Below are positions 48,949 through 59,555 of a DNA stretch of 64,000 nucleotides, one piece after another. Numbering within the stretch: the first letter of the stretch is position 1; each line of letters starts with the position of its first letter. This DNA comes from an uncultured Acidimicrobiia bacterium (GTDB lineage Bacteria > Actinomycetota > Acidimicrobiia > IMCC26256 > JAENVU01). The position numbers and the translations under genes are program-made. The stretch covers positions 451,647 to 515,646 of the forward strand of contig CAWFYL010000003.1 in assembly GCA_963820025.1 (NCBI GenBank), given 5' to 3'. Below the pieces are notes generated by a model. The model worked only from the letters and a program-made list of their open reading frames with translations, made no database searches and was not told the origin of the DNA.

Positions 48949-50013
48949 CTATGCGGAGGCGCGGTCCTGGGCGACGGCGTCGAGATCTGCGTACTCCTCG
49001 CCGGTGTCGACCCAGTCCTCGAACTGGATGACGCCGGTCTCGGTGAACCGCTCGCGCAGCCACCCGTCGGCCGCGTCGAGCAGCCCGAGCTTCTTGCAGT
49101 TCGGCACGATCTTCGAGAACAGCATCTGCTGGAAGATCTGTTGCTCGGGTGGGTTGTTGGCGTCGAGCGCCCGGCGCACGGCCTTGGGGTCGACGCCCAT
49201 CCGCTCCCAGACCTCGGCCTGCATGAACCGCTGCTGGAGCCGGCTCGCGGCGTCGAACGCGAACTCCTGGCGCTCGCGCATCTCCGAGTCGCTGAGCTCC
49301 CGGTAGTACTCCTGGAGCGACAGCACCCCGAACGCGACGTGGCGCGCCTCGTCCGCCATCACGTACCGCAGGAGCTGCTTGAGCAACGGCTCGTTCGTGA
49401 TGTGCTGCATCATCCCGAAGGCCGCGAGCGCGAGTCCCTCGACCATGATCTGCATGCCCAGGTAGGTGATGTCCCAGCGGCTGTCCGCCAGGATGTCGTT
49501 GAGGAGCAGGCGCAGGTTGTCGTTGATCCGGTACTGGCTCGTCAGCTTCTCGTCGAGGTACTTGGCGAAGACCTCGACGTGGCGGGCCTCGTCCATGACC
49601 TGGGTCGACGCGTAGTACTTGGCGTCGATCCAGGGCACGGTCTCGACGATGCGCGCGGTGCAGAGCAGCGCGCCCTGCTCACCATGGAGGAATTGCGAGA
49701 GCAGCGAGTTCTGCATCTCCACGCCGACCTCGCTCCACTCCTTCTCGCCGAAGTGCTTGACCGGCGAGTCGTCGACCGTCTGGAGGGTGCGGAAGCGCGC
49801 GGTCGTGCCGCCGGTGAGCTCGGCTGCGACCTTCTCCGCGTCGACGTCGATGGACCAGTCGAGGTCGGTGGTGACGTTCCACTGCGACGTCTTGGCCTTC
49901 TCGTAGAGCTTGCCGAGGGCGGGGCGCGAACGCTCGTAGTCCCAGGTGAAGGTGGTCTCGATGTCCGCCTGCACCTGCTCGAGCGTCGCGGGGTCGATCT
50001 TGGTGATGGTCAT
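48949..50013 (-). CDS. Ferritin-like diiron protein (AurF/RNR-R2-like superfamily)
   Basis: HGEQGAL, DEARHVE, VEGLA and DEARHVAF (two ExxH). Confidence 0.82.
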   Translation of the reverse strand: MTITKIDPATLEQVQADIETTFTWDYERSRPALGKLYEKAKTSQWNVTTDLDWSIDVDAEKVAAELTGGTTARFRTLQTVDDSPVKHFGEKEWSEVGVEMQNSLLSQFLHGEQGALLCTARIVETVPWIDAKYYASTQVMDEARHVEVFAKYLDEKLTSQYRINDNLRLLLNDILADSRWDITYLGMQIMVEGLALAAFGMMQHITNEPLLKQLLRYVMADEARHVAFGVLSLQEYYRELSDSEMRERQEFAFDAASRLQQRFMQAEVWERMGVDPKAVRRALDANNPPEQQIFQQMLFSKIVPNCKKLGLLDAADGWLRERFTETGVIQFEDWVDTGEEYADLDAVAQDRASA

Positions 50014-50618
50014 GATGGAACCTCCGTCGGGGCCGCCGCGTCGAGCAGCCGCTCGATCAGCGAACCCCACTGGTCATGATCGGGCGGGGAGAGCGCCAGC
50101 GCCCGGACCACCAGCGATCCGAGCGCGAGCGTCAGGCAGAAGCGCGTGAGCACGTCCGTGTCGATCGCGGGGTCGATCGCGCGATCGGACTTACTGTGCT
50201 CGACGAGGTCGGCGATCCGGTCGTGGCGTTGCGCGATCGCGTCGCGCAGCAGGACCGCGAGCTCCTCGTCGCGCTCGGACGCGACGACCGCGTCGAGCAG
50301 CAGCGGACGGTCGTGCTCGCGGAACGCGATGTGCGATCCGAGTGCCGCGAGCAGATCGCGCGGCGGGGTGTTCGCCGCCGCCTGCAGCAACGTCTCGACC
50401 TCGGCTGCGCTGCGGTCGGCGATCGCGGCGAGGAGCAGCTCGCGCTTGTCGCGGAAGTTCGCGTAGATCGCGCCGGTCGTGAGGCCCGCGGCCCGGGCGA
50501 TGTCCTGCACCCGGGCCCGCTCGTAGCCCTGCTCGACGAACACCTCGATCGCGGCTTCGACCAACCGGTCGCGGGTGCTCGGTTCGGTCCTGGTCGTCGG
50601 GGTCGTGGTGACGCTCAC
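50010..50618 (-). CDS. TetR family regulator
   Basis: RDRLVEAA..F...GY...IARAAGLTTGAIYANF. Confidence 0.88.
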   Translation of the reverse strand: MSVTTTPTTRTEPSTRDRLVEAAIEVFVEQGYERARVQDIARAAGLTTGAIYANFRDKRELLLAAIADRSAAEVETLLQAAANTPPRDLLAALGSHIAFREHDRPLLLDAVVASERDEELAVLLRDAIAQRHDRIADLVEHSKSDRAIDPAIDTDVLTRFCLTLALGSLVVRALALSPPDHDQWGSLIERLLDAAAPTEVPS

Positions 50619-50621
50619 GCG

Positions 50622-50649
50622 CTCCAAGATAACCGTTATTATCCTGGAG
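50622..50649. promoter_or_regulatory. Probable TetR operator in the divergent promoter
   Basis: CTCCAAGATAA-CCGTTA-TTATCCTGGAG, 10/11 arm match, AT-rich for this genome. Confidence 0.6.
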
Positions 50650-50684
50650 AACAAGGCGCCCTGGCGTGCGTAGGATGCGCCGCG

Positions 50685-51857
50685 ATGGCCGTCCCGCTCC
50701 CCGACGATCACTCGGTCAACCTGGTCCCGCCCGATCTCGACGAGATCCACGTCGTGATCCGCGGGGTGGCGACCGCGGGCGCGGCACCCGATGGGCTGAC
50801 CGAGGTGCAGCGCGCCGTCATCAACGCGACCGTCGAGTCGATGAGCGGGTTCGTGGTCGACGTCGGCGGGATGGACCCGCTCGGTCCGGACGAGTTCGCG
50901 GCGGCGATGCGGCGCCGGAACCTGGCGTTCCGCGAGCGCATGGTCCAGCTGATGCTCCTGCTCGAGATGCTGCTGACGCCCTTGCCGCCCGAGGTGACTG
51001 CGCGCGTCGAGCAGTACGCGGACGCACTCGGGGTCCACGAGGACATGTTGCGGGTCACCCATCAGATCGCGCGCGGCTCGCTCGGCCTCGCGCTCATCGA
51101 CTTCGAGCGCAGCGGCTACTTCCGCGAGATGCTCGAGCGTCCCCCCGACCACCTCCACACCGAGCGCGCACTCGCGGACGCGTGGGAGGGCTGTGCGAAC
51201 GACCCGGCGCTCGCGGCGCGGTGGGCGGTGCTCGGCGACTGCCCCGAGGGATCGCTCGGGAACGGCGTCTGGCGCTTCTACCGCGCTCGCGGGTTCGAAT
51301 TCCCGGGCATGCCGGGGAGCGCGCCGGTGACCCTCGCGCAGCACGACTGGATGCACGTGCTCGCCGACTTCGGGTCGACGGTCGAGTGCGAGATCGAGGT
51401 GTTCGGGTTCATCTCCCGCGCCAACGACAACCCCGCGGGCTTCTCGCTGCTCGCGATGGTCCTCGGGCTCTTCGAGACCGGCTACCTGTTCAACGCGGCG
51501 AAGGGCTTCTTCGAATACGACCGCGGCCACTTCTCCCGCGATGCGGAGCGGATGGCGGTCCGGCTCGCCGACGCGATGGCCCGAGGTGCGAGGGCGGCGT
51601 GGTGGCTCAACGACCACGGACGTCACTCCGACGTCGACTTCCTCGGCGTCGACTGGTTCGAATACGCGGATTGGCCGGTCAACCAGGTTCGGCGCTACTT
51701 CGGGGTACCGCCGAAGTCGGCCAAGGCGATCGAGTGCGGCTCGGTCACCGCCTGGGAGCCGGGCGGGATCTCGCCGTTCCAGTACGCCCACGGTCGCGAG
51801 GTCGTCGAGGCCGAGGGCGACGTGTACGAGTCCTTCGGCGCCGTGCCCACCTCATGA
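50685..51857 (+). CDS. Coq4-like metal-binding protein with a helical N-terminal domain
   Basis: P.GSLG..VWRFY, then HDWMHVLADFGSTVECE (HDxxH-x11-E); TAGGAT 8 nt before ATG. Confidence 0.65.
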   Translation: MAVPLPDDHSVNLVPPDLDEIHVVIRGVATAGAAPDGLTEVQRAVINATVESMSGFVVDVGGMDPLGPDEFAAAMRRRNLAFRERMVQLMLLLEMLLTPLPPEVTARVEQYADALGVHEDMLRVTHQIARGSLGLALIDFERSGYFREMLERPPDHLHTERALADAWEGCANDPALAARWAVLGDCPEGSLGNGVWRFYRARGFEFPGMPGSAPVTLAQHDWMHVLADFGSTVECEIEVFGFISRANDNPAGFSLLAMVLGLFETGYLFNAAKGFFEYDRGHFSRDAERMAVRLADAMARGARAAWWLNDHGRHSDVDFLGVDWFEYADWPVNQVRRYFGVPPKSAKAIECGSVTAWEPGGISPFQYAHGREVVEAEGDVYESFGAVPTS

Positions 51858-51911
51858 GGTCTCCCTCGGCCGGTTGCCGGGCTGCTGCCACTTCGTGGCC
51901 GAGGGCGCCAG

Positions 51912-52688
51912 ATGCCTGACGCGGCCATCTATGAACGCGACGGACACGTCGCGACCATCACCTACAACCGTCCGCACGTCCTCAACGCGATCAACGGCGA
52001 GATGCGCCAGGCCCTCAACGCGGCCTGGAACCGGTTCCGCGAGGACGAGGACGCGTGGGTCGCGATCGTCACCGGGACGGGCAAGGCGTTCTGCGTCGGC
52101 GCGGACCTGCGCGACGGCAAGGGCGCGGTCGGGGAGTGGCCCGGCAGCTTCTGGGACATCCCGACGATCAACTCGTTCGAGAGCGGGCTCGAGGTCTGGA
52201 AGCCGACGATCGCCGCAGTGAACGGCTACTGCCTCGGCTACGGGTTGACGACCGTCGCCCGCTGCGACTTCGTCATCGCGAGCGACACCGCCGAGTTCGG
52301 CTTTCCCGAGGTCCGGCTCGGTGTGCCGACGATCGTCGGGGCGATGCGCCTCCCGGGACGCATCGGTTGGTCGGACGCGATGGAGATGCTGCTCACCGGC
52401 GAGCGCTTCGACGCAGTGCGGGCGCGGGAGATGGGTCTCGTGTGGCGGATCGTGCCGCCCGACGATCTGCTCGCCGAGGCCCGGAGCCTCGCAGCCCGCC
52501 TCGTGCGCGCCGCACCGCTCGCGCAACGTGCGACCAAGGAGATGGCGGCCCGCGGTGCCCATCTGCCGTGGGAGGACGCGCTCCGGCTCGGCGAGTCGAT
52601 GCGGCGCGTCGTCGGCGGGACCGAGGACGCCGCCGAGGGGATGCGCGCTGCGCACGAGCGGCGCGACCCCGAGTGGCGCGGGCGCTAG
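51912..52688 (+). CDS. Enoyl-CoA hydratase/isomerase family protein
   Basis: NRPHVLNA, FCVGADL, IAAVNGYCLG and PEVRLG. Confidence 0.9.
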   Translation: MPDAAIYERDGHVATITYNRPHVLNAINGEMRQALNAAWNRFREDEDAWVAIVTGTGKAFCVGADLRDGKGAVGEWPGSFWDIPTINSFESGLEVWKPTIAAVNGYCLGYGLTTVARCDFVIASDTAEFGFPEVRLGVPTIVGAMRLPGRIGWSDAMEMLLTGERFDAVRAREMGLVWRIVPPDDLLAEARSLAARLVRAAPLAQRATKEMAARGAHLPWEDALRLGESMRRVVGGTEDAAEGMRAAHERRDPEWRGR

Positions 52689-53129
52689 GTGTCCGAAGCG
52701 CGCGAGGTCACCGCGTACGCGCGGTCCCTGGCCCCGCCCGAGGACGTCTGGCGCGATCTCGTCGACGCGACGGCATGGAGCCGGTGGTCGCGCATCCCGC
52801 ACGCGGTCCGCGAGCGCGAGGGGGTTCCTGCACCCGACGGCGTGGGCTCGATCCGGGCGCTCGGTATCGCCGGCCGGGGCAGCCGGGAGGAGGTCGTCGT
52901 GTTCGAGCCGCCCCGGCACTTCGCCTACGTGCTGCTGTCGGGGCTCCCGCTGGCGGAGTACCGCGCCGACGTCCGCCTCACGGCCGACGACGGTGGGACG
53001 TTGATCACCTGGCAGGGCCGGTTCGTGCCGAAGTGGGCGTGGTCCGGACCGTGGTTCGCGTGGTTCCTGCGCACCACGCTCACCGGCTTCGCCCGCGGCC
53101 TGGCCCGCGACGCCGCCCGCCCCCACTGA
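52689..53129 (+). CDS. SRPBCC/polyketide cyclase-like protein
   Basis: VW..L.D...WSRW, GVGSIR and EEVVVFEPP..FAY. Confidence 0.8.
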   Translation: MSEAREVTAYARSLAPPEDVWRDLVDATAWSRWSRIPHAVREREGVPAPDGVGSIRALGIAGRGSREEVVVFEPPRHFAYVLLSGLPLAEYRADVRLTADDGGTLITWQGRFVPKWAWSGPWFAWFLRTTLTGFARGLARDAARPH

Positions 53130-53150
53130 AGCCTGCCCCGCCCCGTCCCT

Positions 53151-53197
53151 CCGTCTGTGCGGAAGTGCGCGCATGACGTCGGGATGTGCACAAGCGG
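53151..53197. repeat. 47-bp REP-like palindrome homologous to the IS30 target site
   Basis: CCGTCTGTGC...GCACAAGCGG; 34/47 ungapped identity to the reconstructed empty site (manual count). Confidence 0.7.
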
Positions 53198-53211
53198 CGG
53201 ACGGGCGGTGG

Positions 53212-55240
53212 CTAGCCGGTGGTGGGGGCGAAGGGTGGGCGTCCGTAGTCGATCCAGGTCTTCGCGAGCGGGACCTGGCCGACGCCGGGCTTGCGCCAGT
53301 CGCACACCCCGCTTGGGAAGATCCGGCGCAGCCGCGCCGCCTGCGCGGCGGTGAGCTTCACCTTGTACTGCGCCGGGTCGGCGGCCGTCCGTCGGCACTT
53401 GAGCCGGTCGTTGATCAGCGGTGCGCCGGCCGCGGTGCGCGGATCGCCGAAGACGGGGTAGAGGTCGCGACAGGGACCGGGCTGCGTGTAGATGTTCGGG
53501 CCGCTCACGAGACGGCCGTTGGCATCCGTGCAGTTGTCCACTGCCTCCTTGGGCCGGACCCTGCCGCTCAGCCACCGGTCGAGCAGGACGATCGCATCGG
53601 CGGGGTTGAAGGCGTTGCCGGTGAGCTCGGCGGCGATGTTCCCGCTCGACGGACGGGTCCAGATCACCTCGTTCCGGTCGATCCTCCCGTCCTTCCCGCG
53701 CAGCCGCTCGCGGATGGTGAAGAGGCGGAAGCGGTCGTGGATGTCGCCGTACGGATCGCTGTACAGGTTGACGGTGATGATCGGCATGGTGCGCAGGGTG
53801 CCGCCGCCGGCCAGGACGCGCCCGGTCGCGTCAGGCGCGCCGGTTCTGTGCAGGGGTCGACTGCTCGCGCGCCGCGACCGGCTGACCGTTGATGTCGTAG
53901 CCGCCGATGTCCGCGTTGAGGTCGAGGAACTGGTCGACCGAGATCGTGCCCGCGTTCAGCGCCTCGAGCCCGTACTGCACGCCGACGTTGTCGAGCGGCC
54001 GGTTCGCGAACCCCGTCTCGGCATCGATGCCGAACTCGTTGCGGTTGAGGTCCTGCAGCGTGCAGCGGATCCCCTTGGGGTTCGTCGCCGAGAAGATCTC
54101 CGCGGCCGGGATGCGCGGGTCGCATCCCGTATACGGGTTGATCGTGCCGAGGAACGAGGAGATCCAGAGCGCACACGTCCCGACGGTGCGGTGGCCGTTG
54201 ACCGCGGCTTGCTGCGCAGTCGTGAAGCTCTTGCCCGGCCCCGCATAGAAGTGCGCCAGCAGGCCGCAGTCCGACACCCCCGGCGCGACCGAGATCGCGT
54301 CGGGGAACGGGATGACCGGTGACAGCGCGTCGAGGATGCCCGGGTAGTTCTGGGCGATCATCAGCTGCTGGATGGCGCCGCCCGAGGCGCCGGCACCGAT
54401 CGTGAACCGGGGCTGGCCGATCGTCTCCGCCACGTGCTCCTTGACCATCATCGCGGTCTCGGCCGACAGCACGTCGTTGCAGGAGGTCTGGAACGTGTTG
54501 AAGTTCGCCGTCGCGACCGCGTAGCCCTTGCTGAGCAGCGAGTCGTCGACGACGTTGGTCCCGAGCGGATCGCCCTGGGAGTAGGTGGTCCCGCAGCCGC
54601 CGCCGAACTCGTAGACGAGCCGGTGGTTCCAGCCGCTCGCGTCCGACAGCACCGCGAACGAGTACGGCGTGCGGTTGATGACACCGTGCTCGACGCGCAC
54701 GACGTAGGGCACCGCGACACCGTTGACGGTCACGGACGCCGCATCCCCGGGTGCGGCCCTGGCGAGCAGGGGCTTGAACGCGCCGCCGGTCGTCCGGTAC
54801 TGCAGTTCGACGGTCGGAGGTGCGGCGCAGGTCGCGTCCTCGCTCGCGGTGTCCGCGACCGTCGGGGTGGTGCACAGCAGGGGAAGGTGCGGGCCGGAGA
54901 AGAGCGGACCGCTCGTGGGGTGGCTGACCACCGCGAGGCTCGCCTTCGAGGCCCCGGCCGCCACGCCGATCCGGCTCGGCCCGTCAGGGAGTCCGGACAC
55001 CAGCCAGTCGCCCTTGCCGAACGACCGCGCGGTCAGCGGCTTGCCGGCGACGGTGAACTTCGGGGTCCTCGACGCCGGCTGCACGCGCACGAGCACGTCG
55101 CCGCCGGTGACGTACTGCGCCTTGGTGGAGATCGCTCGCACCTGGAAAGACTTCGTGGCCGCACCGGCAACTGGCGCGATCGTGACGAGGGCGGTGGCGG
55201 CCACCGCCGCGAGGACGAGGGGAACCAAGGGTCTGCGCAC
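53212..55240 (-). CDS. Secreted tannase-like / DUF6351-like hydrolase (frameshift at about 53832)
   Basis: Signal peptide, FGGGCG, GASGGAIQQ and DIHDRF; deleting one G turns TGAC into TAC and joins the two ORFs. Confidence 0.72.
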
Positions 55241-55377
55241 GAGGCGGGAGGCTACCGGGGCGCGGCGCCCGGGCGGCTTCGTCGGGATCGCGTGGTTCTG
55301 GCATCTCGATGACGCGCGCCGTTAGTGTCACGCGACCGCCCACGGCGTTCGGTGGGGCGGTCACGGGGGGAGTTGCG

Positions 55378-57729
55378 ATGCGCACGTTCGGAAGCCGCTT
55401 GGTGTTCGCGGGCGCGGTCGTCGCGGCCATGGCCGTCGGGCTGGCGGGCTGCCACCTGCACCACGGTGGTGGCCGTCCGAGCGGGGTCCACGTGGTCGCA
55501 CCGGCCGACCGCAGCCAGGCCCCGGCGTCGGGGGACGTCGCGGTGAACGTGCGGCTGGACGCGGGCCTGCGCGTCGGGTCGCTGCGGGTGTGGCTGCTGA
55601 CCGGGCCGTCGTGGCACCAGGCGCGCCGCGAGATCACCGGCCGGCTCGTCCGCGACGACCACGGGGCGACCGCCACGTTGCACGCGGCCGACCTGCAACC
55701 CGGTCTGACGACGGTCCGGGCGATCGCGACGCGCAACCGCGGCTCGAGCCACGGCCGTGACGCCGACGAAGGGATGAGCACGTTCTCATGGGAACCGGGC
55801 CTCGAACTCTCCACCGCGAGCCGGTGTGACGTGACGGTGGCGATCGAGTGCCTGATGCCGTTTCCGAACGACCTCTACACGGTCGCGGACGGCGCGACTC
55901 CGACCGGTCGGCGGGTGCACATCGATCCCGCGTCGATGAACGCCAACGCGTCCGGCGTGCGCGTCAACCCCGCCGAGTGGAACCGCAACGACGGATTCAG
56001 CCCGGGCTCGATGATCCTGAGCTACGTCCCGGGCCTCGACCTGGCCCGCACCGGCGCGGCGCCGATCACGGACATCGGCGCGTCGTTGGGCGCGGACCAG
56101 CCGATCGTGCTGCTCGACGCGACGACCGGGCAGCGCTGGCCGTTCTTCGCCGAGCTCGACTCCCAGGGCGGGCCCACGGACCCGCATTCCCTCATCATCC
56201 GTCCGGCCAGGAACCTGACCGAGGGTCACCGCTACGTGGTCGCGCTGCGCGAGCTGCGCGACGGGTCCGGCGCCTTGATCCCTGCGTCACGGGGCTTCCA
56301 GCTGTACCGCGACCGGATTCCGACGTTCTCCAGCGCCATCGAGGGTCGGCGTCCGCACTTCGAGCGCGTGTTCGCCGACCTGCACCACGCGGGGATCCGC
56401 CGGGGCGACCTCGACCTCGCGTGGGACTTCACGGTGGCCAGCGCCAAGAGCCTGGCCTCACGGGTCCTGCACATCCGCGACGACGCGTTCGCGTCGCTCC
56501 ACGGTGGCGTGCCGCAGTTCACGGTCACCCAGGTGGAGGACAACGTCAACGACCAGATCTTCCGTCGCGTGACCGGGACCTTCACGATCCCGAACTACCT
56601 CACCGGCAACGGAGGTTCGGGCAACGGCTTCAACTATGCCGCCGGTGCCGGTCCGGACGCGCTCCCCGCGCGCAACGGGGACCAGACCGCGGGGTTCATC
56701 TGCAACATCCCGCGCTCGGCGACCGCGGACGGGAGCGACCCCGTGCATCCCGCGCGCGGCGGCGTGTACGGGCACGGGCTGCTCGGGAGCAACGACGAGG
56801 TCAACGCGGGCAACGTCGAGACGATGAGCAACGCGCACAACTTCGTCTTCTGCGCGACGAAGTGGGCGGGCTTCTCCGAGGACGATCTCGGCGCTGCGGT
56901 CGCGTCGCTCCAGGACTTCAGCAACTTCCCGAAGGTCGCCGACCGCACCCAGCAGGGGTTCTTGAACTTCCTCTTCCTCGCCCGACTCGAGAAGGACCCC
57001 CGGGGCTTCGCGTCGAACCCGGCGTTCCAGGCCGGCGTGGCGCACACGCCGGTCTTCGACGGATCGGTCTTCTACGACGGGAACAGCCAGGGCGGGATCC
57101 TGGGCGGCGCCGTCACCGCGATCTCGACCGAGTGGACGCGCGCCGTCCTCGGCGTGCCGGGGATGAACTACAGCACGCTGCTCCAGCGCAGCTCGGACTT
57201 CGCGACGTACGAGGTCATCCTCGATCCTGCGTACCCGAACGAGATGGACCGCATGGTGATCCTGTCGGTGGTCCAGATGCTCTGGGACCGGGCCGAGGCC
57301 GACGGGTACGCGGAGCACATGACCGACCACCCGTATCCCGGGACGCCGGCCCACACCGTCCTGATGCACGTCGCCTTCGGCGACCACCAGGTCGCGAACG
57401 TGACCGCGGACGTCGAGGCGCGGACGATCGGCGCCCGGATCCTGCAACCCGCGCTCGCCCCGGGCCGCAGCCCGGATGTCGTCCCCTTCTGGGGGATTCC
57501 CGCGGTGCCGTCGCTGCCGTGGGCCGGTTCGGCCATGGTGATCTGGGACAGCGGCAACCCGCCGGCGCCGCTCGGCAACGCCGCACCGACGGGGCCGGCC
57601 TACGGCGAGGACCCGCACGAGAACCCGCGGCGCACGCCCGCGGCCCAGCTCCAGAAGTCCGACTTCCTGCAGCCGAACGGGGCGCTGGTCGACACGTGCG
57701 GGGGCGCACCCTGTCTCGCGCCCGGGTAG
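55378..57729 (+). CDS. Large lipoprotein with a beta-sandwich N-terminus and a lipase-like hydrolase domain
   Basis: Lipobox VGLAGC, GHGLLG, GNSQGG, GDHQV and DPHE. Confidence 0.72.
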   Translation: MRTFGSRLVFAGAVVAAMAVGLAGCHLHHGGGRPSGVHVVAPADRSQAPASGDVAVNVRLDAGLRVGSLRVWLLTGPSWHQARREITGRLVRDDHGATATLHAADLQPGLTTVRAIATRNRGSSHGRDADEGMSTFSWEPGLELSTASRCDVTVAIECLMPFPNDLYTVADGATPTGRRVHIDPASMNANASGVRVNPAEWNRNDGFSPGSMILSYVPGLDLARTGAAPITDIGASLGADQPIVLLDATTGQRWPFFAELDSQGGPTDPHSLIIRPARNLTEGHRYVVALRELRDGSGALIPASRGFQLYRDRIPTFSSAIEGRRPHFERVFADLHHAGIRRGDLDLAWDFTVASAKSLASRVLHIRDDAFASLHGGVPQFTVTQVEDNVNDQIFRRVTGTFTIPNYLTGNGGSGNGFNYAAGAGPDALPARNGDQTAGFICNIPRSATADGSDPVHPARGGVYGHGLLGSNDEVNAGNVETMSNAHNFVFCATKWAGFSEDDLGAAVASLQDFSNFPKVADRTQQGFLNFLFLARLEKDPRGFASNPAFQAGVAHTPVFDGSVFYDGNSQGGILGGAVTAISTEWTRAVLGVPGMNYSTLLQRSSDFATYEVILDPAYPNEMDRMVILSVVQMLWDRAEADGYAEHMTDHPYPGTPAHTVLMHVAFGDHQVANVTADVEARTIGARILQPALAPGRSPDVVPFWGIPAVPSLPWAGSAMVIWDSGNPPAPLGNAAPTGPAYGEDPHENPRRTPAAQLQKSDFLQPNGALVDTCGGAPCLAPG

Positions 57730-57759
57730 TAGGGCGGCGATCCGCATAACGTCCCCGGC

Positions 57760-58581
57760 ATGCGCGTCGCTGCGGTCCAGCTCACCTCGACGCCCGACAA
57801 GGACCGCAACGTCGCGGTCGCGGGGACCCTCGTCGCGGCCGCGGCCGACGCGGGCGCGGAGCTCGTCGCGTTGCCCGAGCTCTTCAACTGCTGGGGGAGC
57901 GCGCGCGAGCTGCGCGCCGCGGCCGAACCGCTCGACGGTCCGACGCTGACCACCGCGCGGGCCTGGGCGCGCGACCGGGCCGTCTGGCTGGTCGCGGGGA
58001 GCATCACCGAGCGGATCGAAGGCTCCGAGCTGCACGCCAACACGTCGTGCCTGATCGGACCCGACGGCGATATCGCCGCCACGTACCGCAAGATCCACCT
58101 GTTCGACGTCGACGTCGAGGGCTTCGCGTACCGGGAGTCGGCGACCGTGGTGCCGGGCGAGGAGATCGTCGTGGCGGACGCGGGCCCGCTCCGGATCGGG
58201 ATGTCGATCTGCTACGACCTGCGCTTCCCCGAGGAGTTCCGCATCCAGGCGCTGCGCGGCGCGAACGTCTTCACCCTGCCGTCGGCGTTCACCGCCCCGA
58301 CCGGCAAGGACCATTGGGAGCCGTTGCTCCGGGCCCGCGCGATCGAGAACCAGGTGTTCGTGATCGCGCCCGACCAGCGGGGCGCGAGCACACCGAAGCT
58401 GCAGTGGCACGGACGATCGATGATCGTCGACTCGTGGGGTGTCGTGCTCTCGCAGGCGCCCGACACCGAGTGCTTCATCACCGCGGACCTCGATCTCGCC
58501 GCGCAGCAGGACGTCCGCACCCGCATCCCGAGCCTCACCAACCGGCGGCCGGGAACCTACGACTGGCCGGAGGAACGGTGA
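57760..58581 (+). CDS. Nit1-like carbon-nitrogen hydrolase (deaminated glutathione amidase-like)
   Basis: LPELF, YRKIHLFD, SICYDLRFPE and HW..LLRARAIENQ. Confidence 0.88.
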   Translation: MRVAAVQLTSTPDKDRNVAVAGTLVAAAADAGAELVALPELFNCWGSARELRAAAEPLDGPTLTTARAWARDRAVWLVAGSITERIEGSELHANTSCLIGPDGDIAATYRKIHLFDVDVEGFAYRESATVVPGEEIVVADAGPLRIGMSICYDLRFPEEFRIQALRGANVFTLPSAFTAPTGKDHWEPLLRARAIENQVFVIAPDQRGASTPKLQWHGRSMIVDSWGVVLSQAPDTECFITADLDLAAQQDVRTRIPSLTNRRPGTYDWPEER

Positions 58582-59555
58582 CCGATCTCCAGATCTCGTG
58601 CGGCTTCGCGCCGGGACCCGACGTCGTGGCGCACGCGCAGCTGGCCGAGGAGCTCGGCTACGAGCGGGTGTGGCTGTTCGACTCCCCGGCGCTGTACCAG
58701 GACGTCTGGGTCGCGCTCGCCCGGGTGGCCGAGCACACCGAGCGCGTCGGGCTCGGGCCCGCGGTCCTCGTGCCCGGGCTCCGGCATCCGCTGGTGCAGG
58801 CGGCCGCGATCGCCACACTCGAATCGCTCGCGCCGGGTCGGGTGGTGGTGGCGATAGGTACAGGTTTCACGGGCCGGATGGCGCTCGGTCAGCGGGCCAT
58901 GCCCTGGGCCGACACCCGCACGTACATCGCCAACGTCCGCGGTCTCCTCGAGGGGGAGTCGATGGTCATCGACGGGGCGGTCGTGAAGATGATCCCGCCG
59001 CGGGGCTTCCTCCCCGAGCGTCCGATCTCGGTGCCGATCATCGTCGCGGCCAACGGGCCCAAGGGCTTCGAGGTTGCCCGCGAGCTCGGCGACGGGATCA
59101 TGACGATTGGCGGGACGGGCCCCGAGTTCCCGTGGTGCACGGTGCTCGCGTTCGGGACGGTGCTCGACCCGGACGAGGTGCCCGACTCGCCGCGCGTCTA
59201 TGACGCCGCCGGTCCCGCGCTCACGGTCGTGTACCACGGGATGTACGAGGCGGATCCGGAGCTCGTCGAGTCGCTCCCGGGAGGGGTCGAGTGGCGCGCC
59301 GCGATCGAGCAGGTCCCGTCGCACTCGCGGCACCTCGCGCTGCACGAGGACCACGTCGTGTACGTCACCGAGCGGGACCGCCCGCTGCTCTCGGGTGAGG
59401 GGATCACGAGCTTCACCTGGACCGGTCACGGCGCCGCGCTGCGCGAGCGCCTCGACGCGACCGCGGCGGCCGGGATGTCGGAGATCCTCTACGCGCCGAT
59501 CGGCTCCGACATCCCTCGTGAGCTCGAGGCGTTCATGGCCATGGCCCGCGAATGA
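58578..59555 (+). CDS. LLM-class (luciferase-like, F420/flavin-dependent) oxidoreductase
   Basis: AEELGYERVWLFDSP, GRVVVAIGTG and IIVAANGPK; GTGA overlap. Confidence 0.85.
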   Translation: MTDLQISCGFAPGPDVVAHAQLAEELGYERVWLFDSPALYQDVWVALARVAEHTERVGLGPAVLVPGLRHPLVQAAAIATLESLAPGRVVVAIGTGFTGRMALGQRAMPWADTRTYIANVRGLLEGESMVIDGAVVKMIPPRGFLPERPISVPIIVAANGPKGFEVARELGDGIMTIGGTGPEFPWCTVLAFGTVLDPDEVPDSPRVYDAAGPALTVVYHGMYEADPELVESLPGGVEWRAAIEQVPSHSRHLALHEDHVVYVTERDRPLLSGEGITSFTWTGHGAALRERLDATAAAGMSEILYAPIGSDIPRELEAFMAMARE

